A DNA stretch of 32,000 bases from Sulfolobus acidocaldarius DSM 639 (GCF_000012285.1 NC_007181.1:1110001-1142000); one strand, 5' to 3'; counted from the stretch's first letter, positions 7,762 through 20,964 are shown. A program made the numbers and translations. The notes: generated by a model not told the origin, from the sequence alone.

Positions 7762-8909
7762 TCGCTATTCTTGATCTTTTCAGGAATGTATTGAAATGCG
7801 AGAAATCTTAAACCCTTACTTGCCATAGCCTCTATTTCAAGCTTAGACTTTTTGTCCAAGAATACTGAAATCTCATGCTGCCAACCTTTAGTTTTGAACC
7901 ATTCGTAATTCTTTATTTCCATAGCTCTCTTTACATCTGCATCTTTGGCTTTAATTATATAATTCCTCCTTTCTTGATCTGAAAGATAAGGCTTCTTACC
8001 CTTATCTCCAAATATATCAGTCATTGATACACCTAAAAATCTAGCATTAGGTGTTGCAAGTCTCTCACTTTCGTAGGAAAGAGAAATTGAACCTATTTTA
8101 AACACACTATATATGTACCATCCATAAGGATCTGCATCTGTTAATATATAAACCGGAAGTTTAAGTTCTTCATTCAGTCTTCTCACGAAACGCCTTGTAG
8201 CCCTATCTGGTTGACCCGCACTTGTAACTAAAATTGCCTTATACTGTTTCCAAAAACCAGCCCTATGAAGTTGCTGAAACACTGCGTCCTTCTCCACAAC
8301 TAGTACAAACTCTGCATTAATATCCATGAAGTCTATTAAGTCAGGTGTTGGCTCAATTGAGTACGCACCATGACCCATTTTGCTTAGATCTATAACATCA
8401 TTTCCGCTTCTGATCCTCATATCACCTACTACCTTACCTTTCTCTTTGCTGAGTATTAACATATCCTCCCTAAGCAGAGACGTAAATACCTCTATATCCA
8501 CTATCACACTGTCAGATTCTTTCTGTTCATCCCATGTATTTTCTTCATAAGCCCTACCATTAGGATCTTTCAAAATTATTGAGTGCTTTCCCCTATAATA
8601 TAGATCACGTATAGTTGGATATTCATCGTTAACCAACGCGTCATATATAATACTTGCCATCAACGTGGTCTGCATAAATCTTTTAGCCTCATTTAGATCC
8701 AGAAAGTTTCTCTTTAACTTTTCTTTTCCCAAAATTAATAATCCTCTCTTTTCATCATAAACTGTGTTAGAAAGGGTCCTTTTTGGTATTTCCATTATGG
8801 GTGGTTCATTATTATTAACCATTTCAACTAATTTTAGGAATGTCTCTCTCAAAACATTCCCAGCCTTCTTTCTTATCTCCTTATCTACTTTAGATTCAAG
8901 CTCTGTCAT
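7749..8909 (-). CDS. top6A: DNA topoisomerase VI subunit A (Spo11 homologue)
   Basis: IRDLYYRGKH is the region of the catalytic Tyr. The Toprim region is VVEKDAVFQQL ... LTDADPYGWYIYS. A 4-nt overlap with top6B suggests translational coupling. Confidence 0.95.
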   Translation of the reverse strand: MTELESKVDKEIRKKAGNVLRETFLKLVEMVNNNEPPIMEIPKRTLSNTVYDEKRGLLILGKEKLKRNFLDLNEAKRFMQTTLMASIIYDALVNDEYPTIRDLYYRGKHSIILKDPNGRAYEENTWDEQKESDSVIVDIEVFTSLLREDMLILSKEKGKVVGDMRIRSGNDVIDLSKMGHGAYSIEPTPDLIDFMDINAEFVLVVEKDAVFQQLHRAGFWKQYKAILVTSAGQPDRATRRFVRRLNEELKLPVYILTDADPYGWYIYSVFKIGSISLSYESERLATPNARFLGVSMTDIFGDKGKKPYLSDQERRNYIIKAKDADVKRAMEIKNYEWFKTKGWQHEISVFLDKKSKLEIEAMASKGLRFLAFQYIPEKIKNSDFIN

Positions 8910-10504
8910 ACTTCTTCCACCTTATACTTCTTTATCTCTTCCTCTAAATTCTTATCTTCAATTTCTAACCTTCTTATGATCAGGTCAAGTAATCTTGATC
9001 TGAGAACCTTATCTGTGTCAGGTATTTTTTCTTTACTCCCAGCAACAAACATACTTAAACTTCTACTAACCTCAGGTATGTATTTTAAATACGTTATCAG
9101 CTTTTTCTTAGCTTCTTGCTCTTTTCTCTTTTCTGTCAAATATTTCTTTAGATTTCTTGCCACATCCATTATTGCTAACTTTATCTCCTTCTCTATTTCC
9201 TCAACATCTGCTATACTCTCCTTACCTGCACTTTTATATGGAACTTTTGTACTACAAAGATGAACCATAACAACTAATTGATATTGGTCAGTTTCAACTC
9301 CATATCTTTTCCAGTCTATTTCCTCACTTATCACCTTCCAAATGACATCAGATTTCTCGTCATATATTAGAGGAATCTTATTTGCATAACGTAAAACTAA
9401 AGGTTCTGTCGCAGCTGGTATACCTCCACCATAAGCAACACCGGCTTCTACTATGAAGGGGTGTCCTTGGTATGCCTTTGGTCTTCTGGTAATAGCTGAT
9501 ACAAATTCTGGGTTGAAGACCTTCTGTAAGCTTAATTCTATCAGATCAGAACCTATCACAGATAATGCTTCAGCAGACGGAGGTCTAAAATCGTCAAAGG
9601 TCTTCATAACTTCTACAAGTCTAGATATTTCTTCATCAGTCAGGTTTGTTATCTTTTTATTTTTAGAGATTTTAGATAACTCTAATATCTTATCGGCTGT
9701 AACATCACCTACACTCTGAAATTCTTTAACCAAAAAGTCTCTAATGTCTAATGGTTTGTCGATTTTAGCTATCATAAACTTTATCAGCTCAATATCTACA
9801 CCATATGGATGAGGCTTAACCTCCTCAGGTGGTTTTGGTAATTTTGTGGTAAGCCTCTGAAAATATAGCACGTTACCTTCAGGGTCTCTAAAAACGATCT
9901 CAGAATATGGTGCTATTATATATGTTCTTTTAACATATTCATACACCTTAGCCTTTGAACGTTGCCAATCAGCTAAAAGATAAATACTTACTGAAGTTCC
10001 ATGCCACCCTTTATCGTTACTTATTGAATACCTCTCCATTATTACGGGCTCGTTCTTGGTAACGTCTATTTTTAATCTAAAGAAGTAAATGCGTTTAGAA
10101 TTGAGTGGAGAAGTGTAAATTTCAAGAGGTTTATCTTGATACATCTGACTATACAATACGGCTGCCTTAACGCCTAGTCCATACATTCCTCTAGTTTGTC
10201 GTAATACGTACTTGGAACTATATAGAACTTTTCCGAATGCATTTGGAACAACATGAGGCGGTATACCGATGCCATTGTCCTCGACGTTTACCTTATATAT
10301 TTGTTTCTGTTGGTCAACAAGCTCAATGCTAATTTTAAGTGAAGGTAATAGATTGTGAACATCTGTTGCATCCAAAGCATTTTCTATTAATTCTCTCACA
10401 GTTTGATAAAGAGCTCTAGCAGGATTGCTAAAACCAGCTAACTCTGGATTTCTTTTAAAGAATTCTGCGGGAGAAATGCTACTATATTTCTCTTCTTGTG
10501 GCAT
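8906..10504 (-). CDS. top6B: DNA topoisomerase VI subunit B (GHKL ATPase)
   Basis: Bergerat-fold motifs ELIENALDA, DNGIGIP and GMYGLGVKA, followed by the H2TH and transducer regions. A GGAGTGA Shine-Dalgarno-like element lies 7 nt upstream of the ATG. Confidence 0.95.
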   Translation of the reverse strand: MPQEEKYSSISPAEFFKRNPELAGFSNPARALYQTVRELIENALDATDVHNLLPSLKISIELVDQQKQIYKVNVEDNGIGIPPHVVPNAFGKVLYSSKYVLRQTRGMYGLGVKAAVLYSQMYQDKPLEIYTSPLNSKRIYFFRLKIDVTKNEPVIMERYSISNDKGWHGTSVSIYLLADWQRSKAKVYEYVKRTYIIAPYSEIVFRDPEGNVLYFQRLTTKLPKPPEEVKPHPYGVDIELIKFMIAKIDKPLDIRDFLVKEFQSVGDVTADKILELSKISKNKKITNLTDEEISRLVEVMKTFDDFRPPSAEALSVIGSDLIELSLQKVFNPEFVSAITRRPKAYQGHPFIVEAGVAYGGGIPAATEPLVLRYANKIPLIYDEKSDVIWKVISEEIDWKRYGVETDQYQLVVMVHLCSTKVPYKSAGKESIADVEEIEKEIKLAIMDVARNLKKYLTEKRKEQEAKKKLITYLKYIPEVSRSLSMFVAGSKEKIPDTDKVLRSRLLDLIIRRLEIEDKNLEEEIKKYKVEEV

Positions 10505-10539
10505 AGTAAATCACTCCTGATTCTATTATTTACACCATT

Positions 10540-12920
<2,381 letters not shown>

Positions 12921-12970
12921 AAGGTTTCCTACTTACATCATACTTTATATTCTAATAAAATTACTTTACA

Positions 12971-13023
12971 TTAATGATGATTATAGCGGACACTGAACAT
13001 GATGACGCTGAGCGTACTGATAA
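12971..13023 (+). ncRNA. Box C/D sRNA (canonical double-guide architecture)
   Basis: tta-ATGATGA(C, 12974-12980)-ttatagcggaca(12 nt)-CTGA(D', 12993-12996)-ac-ATGATGA(C', 12999-13005)-cgctgagcgta(11 nt)-CTGA(D, 13017-13020)-taa. All four boxes are consensus, spacing is archaeal-typical, and a short terminal tta/taa stem is possible. It lies in the gap between rtcB and the 79-aa ORF. Confidence 0.85.
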
Positions 13024-13027
13024 CTCT

Positions 13028-13267
13028 TCATATTACTTTCTTCTTTTTCTCTTTGAATTTTTCTAATATTTCACTGTATTTTTTCTCAATTGTCTTAAAG
13101 GCTTCAACGACTTGGTCCGCATCCATATCATATATAGCTTCTTTAAGGAACTTATATGCGCAAGCTTTACTATGAAATAAATAATCTCTGCCTTTTACTG
13201 TTATTTTGATTCCTTGACCTTCATAAAATATTCTACCACACACGATGCATTCGTTTCTTCTTTTCAT
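13028..13267 (-). CDS. Small TRASH/L24e-like zinc-ribbon protein with a Lys-rich helical tail
   Basis: ECIVCGRIFYEGQGIKITVKGRDYLFHSKACAYKF fits the TRASH pattern C-x2-C-x19-22-(F)C-S-x-x-C-x3-F, except that the third Cys is His (FHSKAC). The C-terminal half is helical and ends KFKEKKKKVI. Confidence 0.5.
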   Translation of the reverse strand: MKRRNECIVCGRIFYEGQGIKITVKGRDYLFHSKACAYKFLKEAIYDMDADQVVEAFKTIEKKYSEILEKFKEKKKKVI

Positions 13268-13328
13268 ACGACGATAGTAGAATTTAAATTTTAAAAAATA
13301 TCCGTTTAATGTGCATTGAACATATCCG

Positions 13329-16142
13329 GTGGTATATGTGGATAAAAATGATCTTAGCTACAAGCTACTATCACTAATACGTGAAAAAGGATGGGATGAC
13401 CTAACATCAATACAAAAGAAAACACTCTCACCCATTCTATTGGGTAAAAATGTTTTAATCATAGCCCCCACGGGTTATGGTAAAACCGAAGCAGCATTAT
13501 TACCTATATTTAACTCAATGTTAAATGATACATCACTCTCTCCCGTAGCTTTACTTTACATAACCCCATTAAAGGCACTTATTAATGATTTAACTCACAG
13601 AATTGATTGGTGGGCTTCCAAGTTAGGTTTTATAGTTAGTAGAAAACACGGGGAAGTTCCCCAAAAAGAGAAGAGTATAAGGTTAAAAAGGGTTCCCCAC
13701 ATTCTCGTCACAACCCCAGAGGGGTTGGAAGTAGATTTAGATTGGGCAACTAAGTTTAGGGAGAATTATAAAAATATTAAATGGGTAGTAATCGATGAAG
13801 TACATGAGCTCGTCCACTCTAAAAGAGGAGCACAGTTATCAGTTCTATTGGAAAGACTAAAGGAGTATTCTGGTAATGATTTTCAAAGGATAGGCTTATC
13901 GGCTACTATAAGTAATGAGAAGAAAGTTGCTCAATTACTTTTTGGATCTTCTCAGAGAGACTTCAACATAATAAAAGTATCTTCAAACAAAAATTTTGAG
14001 TTAAAAATACATAAAGTAGAACATCAAGGAGAAACTTGGACCACAATAGCAAAAACGGTCATTAATAAGATAGAAAAACCCACCTTATTGTTTACAAATT
14101 CACGTTTTAGTACAGAGCGATTGTTCGAAGAATTAGAAAAATATAATATACCTTCTGTTTTTGTTCATCATTCGTCTATATCTAGAGATGATAAGAACAA
14201 AGTAGAGGAAAATTTAAGGGAAGGTAGAGCGAATTTAGTTATTTGCACAAGAACACTAGAGTTAGGAATACATGTAGGAGATGTTAAAAAGGTTATAATG
14301 TATAGACCACCACCAAGTGTATCATCTTTCTTGCAGAGATTGGGAAGAAGTGGGCATTTGATAGATCATGTCTCCTGCGGTGAGATATTATGTTTATATG
14401 ATCATGAGGTCATAGAAAGTTTGGCACTTTCTGAGCTTGCTATGCAAGGTAAGTTAGAGAGCGGAAAAGTAATGCCATTTCTTGACGTCGTTGCCAGAGA
14501 AGCCATAGGTATAGCTCTACAGTATGGAGAAGTAGATGTAAATAGACTTTACTCCATAATCAGCTCTTCTACGTATTTTAGAGCACTGTCATTTGAAGAA
14601 TTTTTAAAACTCATCGAATATCTAGCAAACAATAATTTACTGAAAGTCGAGGGAAATAGAGTAAAAGTAGGGAAAACATTTTTCAAAATCTGGAGTTTCA
14701 ATAAAAATAATAAGTTGGCATGGATGAAGGATTTTTCAGAGTTCTTCTCATTTGTAAGTAGTGATGAGACATTTTTACTTAGATTCGAGAATAAGACTGT
14801 TGGTGAAATAGATGCAATTTATGTCTATAAACATTTAAGAAATAACGATACAATTAGAATAAGCGGTAAACTCTGGAGAATTGTCTCAATTGACCTAAAT
14901 AAAATGACCATAACAGTTGTTCCTGCAAATGATGGAGAAGGAGAAATACCTATATGGAAAGGAGAAAACGTATCAAGATCGAATCTTTTACCTAAAAAGA
15001 TAAGTAAGGTTATACGTAACTACAAAAGGTATTTGGATCTGAATATCATAAATAATGCGGCAAAGAACGATCTCAAAAATTTTGTTAATTTCTACCTTGT
15101 ACATGGACTTCCATTACCTAATAGAAAAACTATTTATGTTGAAAAAGATAAAAATGAGATAATTTACGCAACGCTTATCAACGAGAAAGTCTCAAATACA
15201 CTAGCTCATTTACTTCTATATTTAGCAACGAAAGATCTTTCACTAAATGTTTCAGTTAGATCTTCTATATACGGTTTCTCCATAAGAGGAGTAGAAAATG
15301 ATCTAATGAGCGAGATAGTGAATATGAATGAGGATGAACTAAGGAAACTAATTATAAAGTCTATCATGAGATCTCCTTTGTTTTATACGGTATTGAAAGA
15401 AATTAAATACAGTTTCGGCAAGATAGGAAATGTCTCACTTCATGATGATAAGTTATTAATTAAAGAGGCAATAAAACAGACAGTATATAAGTATTTCAGC
15501 ATTAAAAATACATTAAAATATATTAAAATGATAAAGAACAAAGATATCGATATCATACATATAGAGGGAATCTCTCCGCTTGGAAGAGCTGTACTTAATC
15601 ATACCCCACTTAGACCATGGATTACAGATCTAAGCATAAGGATTTATCAGGCAATGAAAGGAGGAGCGTATACCGTAAGCGAGTTATCTGAAATGCTAGG
15701 AATTTCAGAAAAGAGCCTGGAAAGTAGATTAAAGAAGATGAGAAAGTATGACTCAAAATACAGAACATGTAATTTTATAGACATAGATACGAAAGATATG
15801 AGATGGGTATTATTAGAGGATTTTGAAGAGATAGTAGAGACAGGAGACTACTATAACTCTTTTGAACCTATAAAACTTGACGAGACATATGTTGCAGTAA
15901 TCAGACCTATTAACAATGAAGGAAATATTGAAATTGTATTTAGAGTTAAGGAATTAGTGGAAAACCCTGAAAATGTTACGAGAAGAATACCTTACGATGA
16001 AGTTTTTGAATTGAAACTAAAAGACCCAAGTGATCCACTTGTTATGTCTATATCTCCTAGGTACTACTTCGTTAATAAAAATGTAATAAAGTTTTTAATT
16101 TTAAATGCAGTTAGCTACATACAGAATACCAGGTTTGGATGA
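13329..16142 (+). CDS. lhr: Lhr-like superfamily 2 DEAD/DEAH-box helicase (large helicase-related)
   Basis: Motif I APTGYGKTEAALLP, motif II DEVHEL, motif III SAT, motif VI QRLGRSGH, and a long C-terminal extension with an HTH-like segment (YTVSELSEMLGISEKSLESRLKKM). The start is uncertain. The track uses GTG 13329, which lies inside a GGTGG element. GTG 13338 sits 6 nt downstream of GGTG and may be the real start. Confidence 0.8.
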   Translation: MVYVDKNDLSYKLLSLIREKGWDDLTSIQKKTLSPILLGKNVLIIAPTGYGKTEAALLPIFNSMLNDTSLSPVALLYITPLKALINDLTHRIDWWASKLGFIVSRKHGEVPQKEKSIRLKRVPHILVTTPEGLEVDLDWATKFRENYKNIKWVVIDEVHELVHSKRGAQLSVLLERLKEYSGNDFQRIGLSATISNEKKVAQLLFGSSQRDFNIIKVSSNKNFELKIHKVEHQGETWTTIAKTVINKIEKPTLLFTNSRFSTERLFEELEKYNIPSVFVHHSSISRDDKNKVEENLREGRANLVICTRTLELGIHVGDVKKVIMYRPPPSVSSFLQRLGRSGHLIDHVSCGEILCLYDHEVIESLALSELAMQGKLESGKVMPFLDVVAREAIGIALQYGEVDVNRLYSIISSSTYFRALSFEEFLKLIEYLANNNLLKVEGNRVKVGKTFFKIWSFNKNNKLAWMKDFSEFFSFVSSDETFLLRFENKTVGEIDAIYVYKHLRNNDTIRISGKLWRIVSIDLNKMTITVVPANDGEGEIPIWKGENVSRSNLLPKKISKVIRNYKRYLDLNIINNAAKNDLKNFVNFYLVHGLPLPNRKTIYVEKDKNEIIYATLINEKVSNTLAHLLLYLATKDLSLNVSVRSSIYGFSIRGVENDLMSEIVNMNEDELRKLIIKSIMRSPLFYTVLKEIKYSFGKIGNVSLHDDKLLIKEAIKQTVYKYFSIKNTLKYIKMIKNKDIDIIHIEGISPLGRAVLNHTPLRPWITDLSIRIYQAMKGGAYTVSELSEMLGISEKSLESRLKKMRKYDSKYRTCNFIDIDTKDMRWVLLEDFEEIVETGDYYNSFEPIKLDETYVAVIRPINNEGNIEIVFRVKELVENPENVTRRIPYDEVFELKLKDPSDPLVMSISPRYYFVNKNVIKFLILNAVSYIQNTRFG

Positions 16143-16193
16143 TGAGGCCCTTTCAATAGATTGGTGATAAAGGCCCGTGTTTCTGATGTAAAC
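16134..16193 (+). ncRNA. Candidate box C/D sRNA overlapping the lhr stop codon
   Basis: gttt-gg-ATGATGA(C, 16139-16145)-ggccctttcaa(11 nt)-TAGA(D', 16157-16160)-ttg-GTGATAA(C', 16164-16170)-aggcccgtgttt(12 nt)-CTGA(D, 16183-16186)-tgt-aaac. The outer boxes are consensus. The inner pair changes C'-position 6 (G to A) and D'-position 1 (C to U) together, preserving a Watson-Crick pair. A flanking GTTT/AAAC stem is possible. Confidence 0.65.
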
Positions 16194-16244
16194 ATAAAGC
16201 ACAGATTTATTTTTCCACATGTCTCATTTTTAAACGACCCATAA

Positions 16245-16517
16245 ATGTCCACAAAAAAACCAAATGAAATCGTTATTACCAAATCTAAAAGAATAGAGGA
16301 TTATGTACTAGATACGATAATACTCTTTAACCAAGGATACGAAGAGGTAGAAATAAGAGGAAGTGGTCAGGAGATAAATAAAGCTATAGAAGTTTATAAC
16401 CAACTAGTTGATAGGCTGAAAGAGGGTGTAAGATTAGAAAAAGTAGATATAGGGAGTGAAGTTAAAGATAGACGCAGAATATCATACATATTGCTCCGAC
16501 TGAAGAGGATTTACTAA
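16245..16517 (+). CDS. albB: Chromatin protein Alba2 (Sso10b2 paralogue)
   Basis: [48 protein letters not shown]...[16 protein letters not shown] is Alba-fold. The [12 protein letters not shown] tail is characteristic of the Alba2 paralogue. A TATA-like ATTTATTTTT lies about 30 nt upstream. Confidence 0.9.
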   Translation: MSTKKPNEIVITKSKRIEDYVLDTIILFNQGYEEVEIRGSGQEINKAIEVYNQLVDRLKEGVRLEKVDIGSEVKDRRRISYILLRLKRIY

Positions 16518-19500
16518 TTTAATATTCTTAATCTCATTCAGCAGATCCATAATGACGTCTTCTGCACTTAATTCATTTCTGTTAATCTTATCTATCTTTG
16601 TGATCAAATGACTAGTTCTGCTCTCACTCACCATATCTGAGAAATACTTGTTAAGGATTTCATAAACTTTCTGACCTTTATTAGTAGCTATTAAGAATGA
16701 CCTCTTCTTACTCTCCACTACGTATCCATGTCTTATTAATGATTGGACAGTTCTAACATACGTACTTGGTCTACCTATATTCGTATCTTTCATCAATCTT
16801 ATTACGTCCGCATAGGTTAGTAAAGATACTAATGAGCCCTTTCTTATTCTAGTTGTTAAGTGGCTCTCGTCTAAATTATAAACTCTTATTCCGTATATGG
16901 AAGAGAAACCTCCATGCACTTTTGTAGGAAGCTCTACCGTGTATAACTCACCATTAATGTTTATCTCATAGGTCGTATATGTTGCGGTAGCAGACGACAT
17001 CTGACTTCCTATAAACCTCCTAAATATAAGATCGTATAACCTATAATGTGCCCATGTAAACTTTATGCCAAATTGGAATGGATTTTCTTCAATCTCTTTC
17101 CTTAGTTCCTCTACGTCCATTGATCTCGTTGGTCTTATAGCTTCATGTGCTCCTTCATTACCCCAGCTTCTGCCTACAAAATCATTGCTACCTATTTTTT
17201 CCAAATATTCTCTAGCTATAGAAATTCCGTAAGGCGAAATATGTATACTGTCTGTCCTATGGTACGTTATAAGCCCAGCTTCAAATAATTCTTGAGCTAC
17301 CTTCATAGCTAATGAACTATTAATCCTGAATTTACTGTAAGCGTCAATTAGCAGTGAGTCTGTAGTAAATGGAGGTAGAGGGTCTATAGTTGAGGTTCTC
17401 TCGGCAATCTTCGTAACCTTTACGTTTAATTGGCTAATGAAAGTTTCTGCATCTTTCTTAGTCTTGAAGAATTTTCTTACAACATAATCTCCAATGTTTA
17501 TGTCTACCACGTATCCAATGTTTGCCTTATACTCTGAGGTTTTTCCTACAACCCACTTTAAGACTGGACCCTGAACTCTTCCTGTACCATTATTGTTATC
17601 ATTAAGTGCTGATCTAAGTACACTACTCAGCTCAAACCCTATCCATCTATCTTCAATTCTTCTAGCGATCTGAGCCTTAACTAAACTCTCATTTATTTTG
17701 GCTTTGCTTTTTATAGCGTTAAGAACTGCTGTTTTAGTTATTTCATTATAAGATATTCTAAAGATATTTTGATTATATGGTGATATTAGAGAGTAGATAT
17801 CATAAGCTATTTTTTCTCCCTCTTGATCAGGATCAGTAGCTATATAAACCTCATCTACTTCTGTACTAATGAGCCTTATAGCGTTTACAATCTTCTCAGA
17901 GGAATTTATCATACTCGATCCACAGTAGGGACAAGTGGATACTTTCTTGGTTATTGTTTTTCCGCAACTCATGCATCTATATAGGGGAGAATAGTTGACA
18001 ACTATGTCCTTATCGTTAATTTCGACGCCATAATAACCTAATTCTTCGGTGGTGAGATCAGTTAGGTGACCCTTAGAGGCTATTATATTAGTATATATGA
18101 TAGTATTACTATGATCATCTATAATTATGGTTTCGTACACTGGTATTCCATATATTTCTCTCCTGACTCCTCTACCAAAAATCTTGGATATAGTTCTAGC
18201 TTTAGTAGGTGACTCTACAACCAATAGGGCTGTTTTAAAGTTCATACTTCTGCCTCCAGAACCATCACTTCTACTCTTGTTCAACTTCTCTCTTACTTCG
18301 TCAAGTTTTAGCTCGTCGAAATTCATAAAGGTGACCTCGGCTATGCGTCTTAACTTCTTATTGAGAATATCAAATAATTCCAAATCATCAACAAGAACTA
18401 CGCTTAAACCTAGTGTGAGACCGCCATTCATGATTCTACTACTTCTACCAGAACCTTGTATGTATGTTATTATATCTGGGAAGAATATGTAGTGTTTATT
18501 CGTATCTTTCTTTATGACGAAAGAATCTGATACTAATTTATCGATCTTGTTCGCTTTTATAGTATCTAATATAATATCCTTAAGTTTTGTTAAATCTTCT
18601 ACTAAGTCACCTAGTTTTCCATTTAACGAAACTTTATTTCGTAATGCTATTTTTACAGCTTGAAGTTCTGCAGGACTCAAATAAATGAGTCTCTTTCTAT
18701 ATTCTGTAACATCTAATTTTAACAACTCTCCTATTTTTAATGCGGTTAATGGATTATTTAGAGAGTCCTCTAAAGGTAGCTTAGTTTTAGGAACACCATA
18801 AAATATGACATATTTTAGCCTTTTTGGTTCATCTATTCCCCTAACTGCAACTCCGTAATAGCTAGCTGAGCCAACAAGAAAATCCACATCACCATTACTA
18901 AACTTTTCCAAGAATTTCCTCCCTGATATAGCCTTCATAGCTCTATATCCTTCCGCGTTTAGATTGTCAGTTATTTGGTCAACGTATTTCTTGCCATAAT
19001 CTTTACTAACTAAAATAAGACCCCCTACATCCCCGATTTCCTTAACTAGTTCATTTACGTTATTGGAGTAGGTAAAACTATCTATAACGTTTCTATTATA
19101 TATCTGTATGGTAGACGGCTCAAACCCTACTAAAAATCTTAACGCCATCTGCTTATATCCTTTAGGTTTTAATGTAGCACTGGAAACTATAAACTGCACA
19201 GATGATTTATATCCTAGGATTTTCGATTCTAACTCCCTTACCTGATTTATCAAATCCTCGTCTTCTTTAAACCTTAACATTCTTTTGAGCCTTAACATCT
19301 TTATAGTATCGTCGAAAACTTCCTGAGGGATCTGAAGAACTTTAGCTATTCTTTCTGTTGTTTTCCCACTCTTTAATATCATATCTGCATCGTCCACCAT
19401 TAGCAGTTTAGGCTTTATTCTAACGAATTCGTCAATATTCTTATTTATAGAATGAAACGTGACTACGTTTACTTTGTCCTCCTCAGGCTTATTACAACTT

Positions 19501-19943
19501 ACTAAATGACCTATTTTCTTTAGTTTTTCGCATATTTGATCTCTTAGAGATTTTGTTGGTACCACAAATAGAGAAGTTGTGTGACTATATACAGAATATA
19601 CTATAAGTGTAGTTGTCTTTCCCACACCTGTAGGAGCTGATAGGGAGAAACTTTCTCCTCTTACCAATTTGTTTAACCAATATCTCTGGAGAGACCATGG
19701 CTCTCCTCCTACAATTTTCTTAAAGAGTCTCAATATATCATCATACATTTCCAGATCCATGTAGAGCTCAGAGTAGCCTTTCAATGTAGAGTATTTAACA
19801 AGTAAATCATAAATAGTCCGGATATCTAATTTCTCCACAGCTCCAGGAAGGCAGGTCTCGCAAGGAATACCTGCATGAAGTCTATCAACGGATATTGAGC
19901 CATTACAGTTAGGGCAACCAAATAGGTAGTTCACTTTTAGCAT
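16482..19943 (-). CDS. rgy: Reverse gyrase (helicase-topoisomerase IA fusion), shorter TopR2-like paralogue
   Basis: N-terminal zinc finger CPNCNG..CETC. Helicase motifs APTGVGKTT and VDDADMIL. Toprim region ESPTKARTI and [12 protein letters not shown]. Second zinc finger CMSCGK..CPYCG. Topo IA active site [19 protein letters not shown] lies about 28 nt upstream of the ATG. Confidence 0.96.
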   Translation of the reverse strand: MLKVNYLFGCPNCNGSISVDRLHAGIPCETCLPGAVEKLDIRTIYDLLVKYSTLKGYSELYMDLEMYDDILRLFKKIVGGEPWSLQRYWLNKLVRGESFSLSAPTGVGKTTTLIVYSVYSHTTSLFVVPTKSLRDQICEKLKKIGHLVSCNKPEEDKVNVVTFHSINKNIDEFVRIKPKLLMVDDADMILKSGKTTERIAKVLQIPQEVFDDTIKMLRLKRMLRFKEDEDLINQVRELESKILGYKSSVQFIVSSATLKPKGYKQMALRFLVGFEPSTIQIYNRNVIDSFTYSNNVNELVKEIGDVGGLILVSKDYGKKYVDQITDNLNAEGYRAMKAISGRKFLEKFSNGDVDFLVGSASYYGVAVRGIDEPKRLKYVIFYGVPKTKLPLEDSLNNPLTALKIGELLKLDVTEYRKRLIYLSPAELQAVKIALRNKVSLNGKLGDLVEDLTKLKDIILDTIKANKIDKLVSDSFVIKKDTNKHYIFFPDIITYIQGSGRSSRIMNGGLTLGLSVVLVDDLELFDILNKKLRRIAEVTFMNFDELKLDEVREKLNKSRSDGSGGRSMNFKTALLVVESPTKARTISKIFGRGVRREIYGIPVYETIIIDDHSNTIIYTNIIASKGHLTDLTTEELGYYGVEINDKDIVVNYSPLYRCMSCGKTITKKVSTCPYCGSSMINSSEKIVNAIRLISTEVDEVYIATDPDQEGEKIAYDIYSLISPYNQNIFRISYNEITKTAVLNAIKSKAKINESLVKAQIARRIEDRWIGFELSSVLRSALNDNNNGTGRVQGPVLKWVVGKTSEYKANIGYVVDINIGDYVVRKFFKTKKDAETFISQLNVKVTKIAERTSTIDPLPPFTTDSLLIDAYSKFRINSSLAMKVAQELFEAGLITYHRTDSIHISPYGISIAREYLEKIGSNDFVGRSWGNEGAHEAIRPTRSMDVEELRKEIEENPFQFGIKFTWAHYRLYDLIFRRFIGSQMSSATATYTTYEININGELYTVELPTKVHGGFSSIYGIRVYNLDESHLTTRIRKGSLVSLLTYADVIRLMKDTNIGRPSTYVRTVQSLIRHGYVVESKKRSFLIATNKGQKVYEILNKYFSDMVSESRTSHLITKIDKINRNELSAEDVIMDLLNEIKNIKLVNPLQSEQYV

Positions 19944-20259
19944 TCTAGCATTTCCGTTAGATAGTATGATCTTATAAATATGAGGACTAAATGTTACTTT
20001 TGACTACATAAGCGGTAACTCGATTTAGAATAATTCGGTTTGTTATATATTTTGATATATGAAAACATTATATAATTGAAGCCTTTCAGACTATAATTAT
20101 TAGTATAACGCTCTTTGCTACTAATATAGAACTAACAATATTAATTTTAATATTCTCATTTTAATGTTGACGAACTATAAAAATCACTCTTGTAAATGCG
20201 TATAAGCTAGATAACTTTATTATCCTATTTACCTTCTGATAATGCGATAGGTGGTTTAA

Positions 20260-20553
<294 letters not shown>

Positions 20554-20637
20554 AAAGATAGTTAAGGTTTTTATGAACCCTTTTCTTGTTATGAATAACT
20601 TAAAAGTGTTAGATTAGTAACATAATATTGAGAAGTA

Positions 20638-20964
20638 ATGTCTTCAAATCAACCTTCATATAAGGTAGAATTTGAAGGTAAAGCTAAGATTGGAGAAGTT
20701 TTAGGAAATTTAGTTTCTGTACAGTTAAAACCAGAAGACTTTGCTAGCCCTCTTTCACTACAAATGGCTATTTCCAGATTATATAACGACTTAATGCAAT
20801 CATTATCTCAAGGTCCAAAGAAGCATTATGTGGCTGAAGTAAGATTCAATGACTCCATGGGAAATCCTGTTAATGTAGGAGTGGACTTTGGACAAAATAT
20901 ACCACCACTAAGTAGAAAGGAAGTGAAAGTGAAGATAACTATTGAGTTTTATGATGAAGAGTAG
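20638..20964 (+). CDS. Hypothetical protein (108 aa)
   Basis: The ORF has coding-like composition and lies directly downstream of albA. No motif recognised. It ends with an acidic tail (EFYDEE). Its 3' end overlaps the convergent 93-aa ORF by 26 nt. Confidence 0.5.
   Translation: MSSNQPSYKVEFEGKAKIGEVLGNLVSVQLKPEDFASPLSLQMAISRLYNDLMQSLSQGPKKHYVAEVRFNDSMGNPVNVGVDFGQNIPPLSRKEVKVKITIEFYDEE

Noticed and set aside
8764-9719. Track ORFs 8764..8979(+), 8976..9263(+) and 9453..9719(+)
   Set aside because: They are all antisense shadows of top6A and top6B. They are Leu/Ser/Phe-rich with no recognisable domains.
18127-18492. Track ORF 18127..18492(+)
   Set aside because: It is antisense to reverse gyrase and is a shadow ORF.
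20098-20126. 8-bp inverted repeat TATTAGTA/TACTAATA as a specific operator
   Set aside because: It is kept only as a minor note inside the spacer finding. In roughly 75-80% AT DNA, an 8-bp AT-only inverted repeat is expected by chance fairly often.
19944-20259. Replication origin in the long AT-rich spacer
   Set aside because: I saw no ORB or mini-ORB-like repeated elements and no adjacent cdc6/orc1 or whiP gene. AT-richness alone is not evidence.
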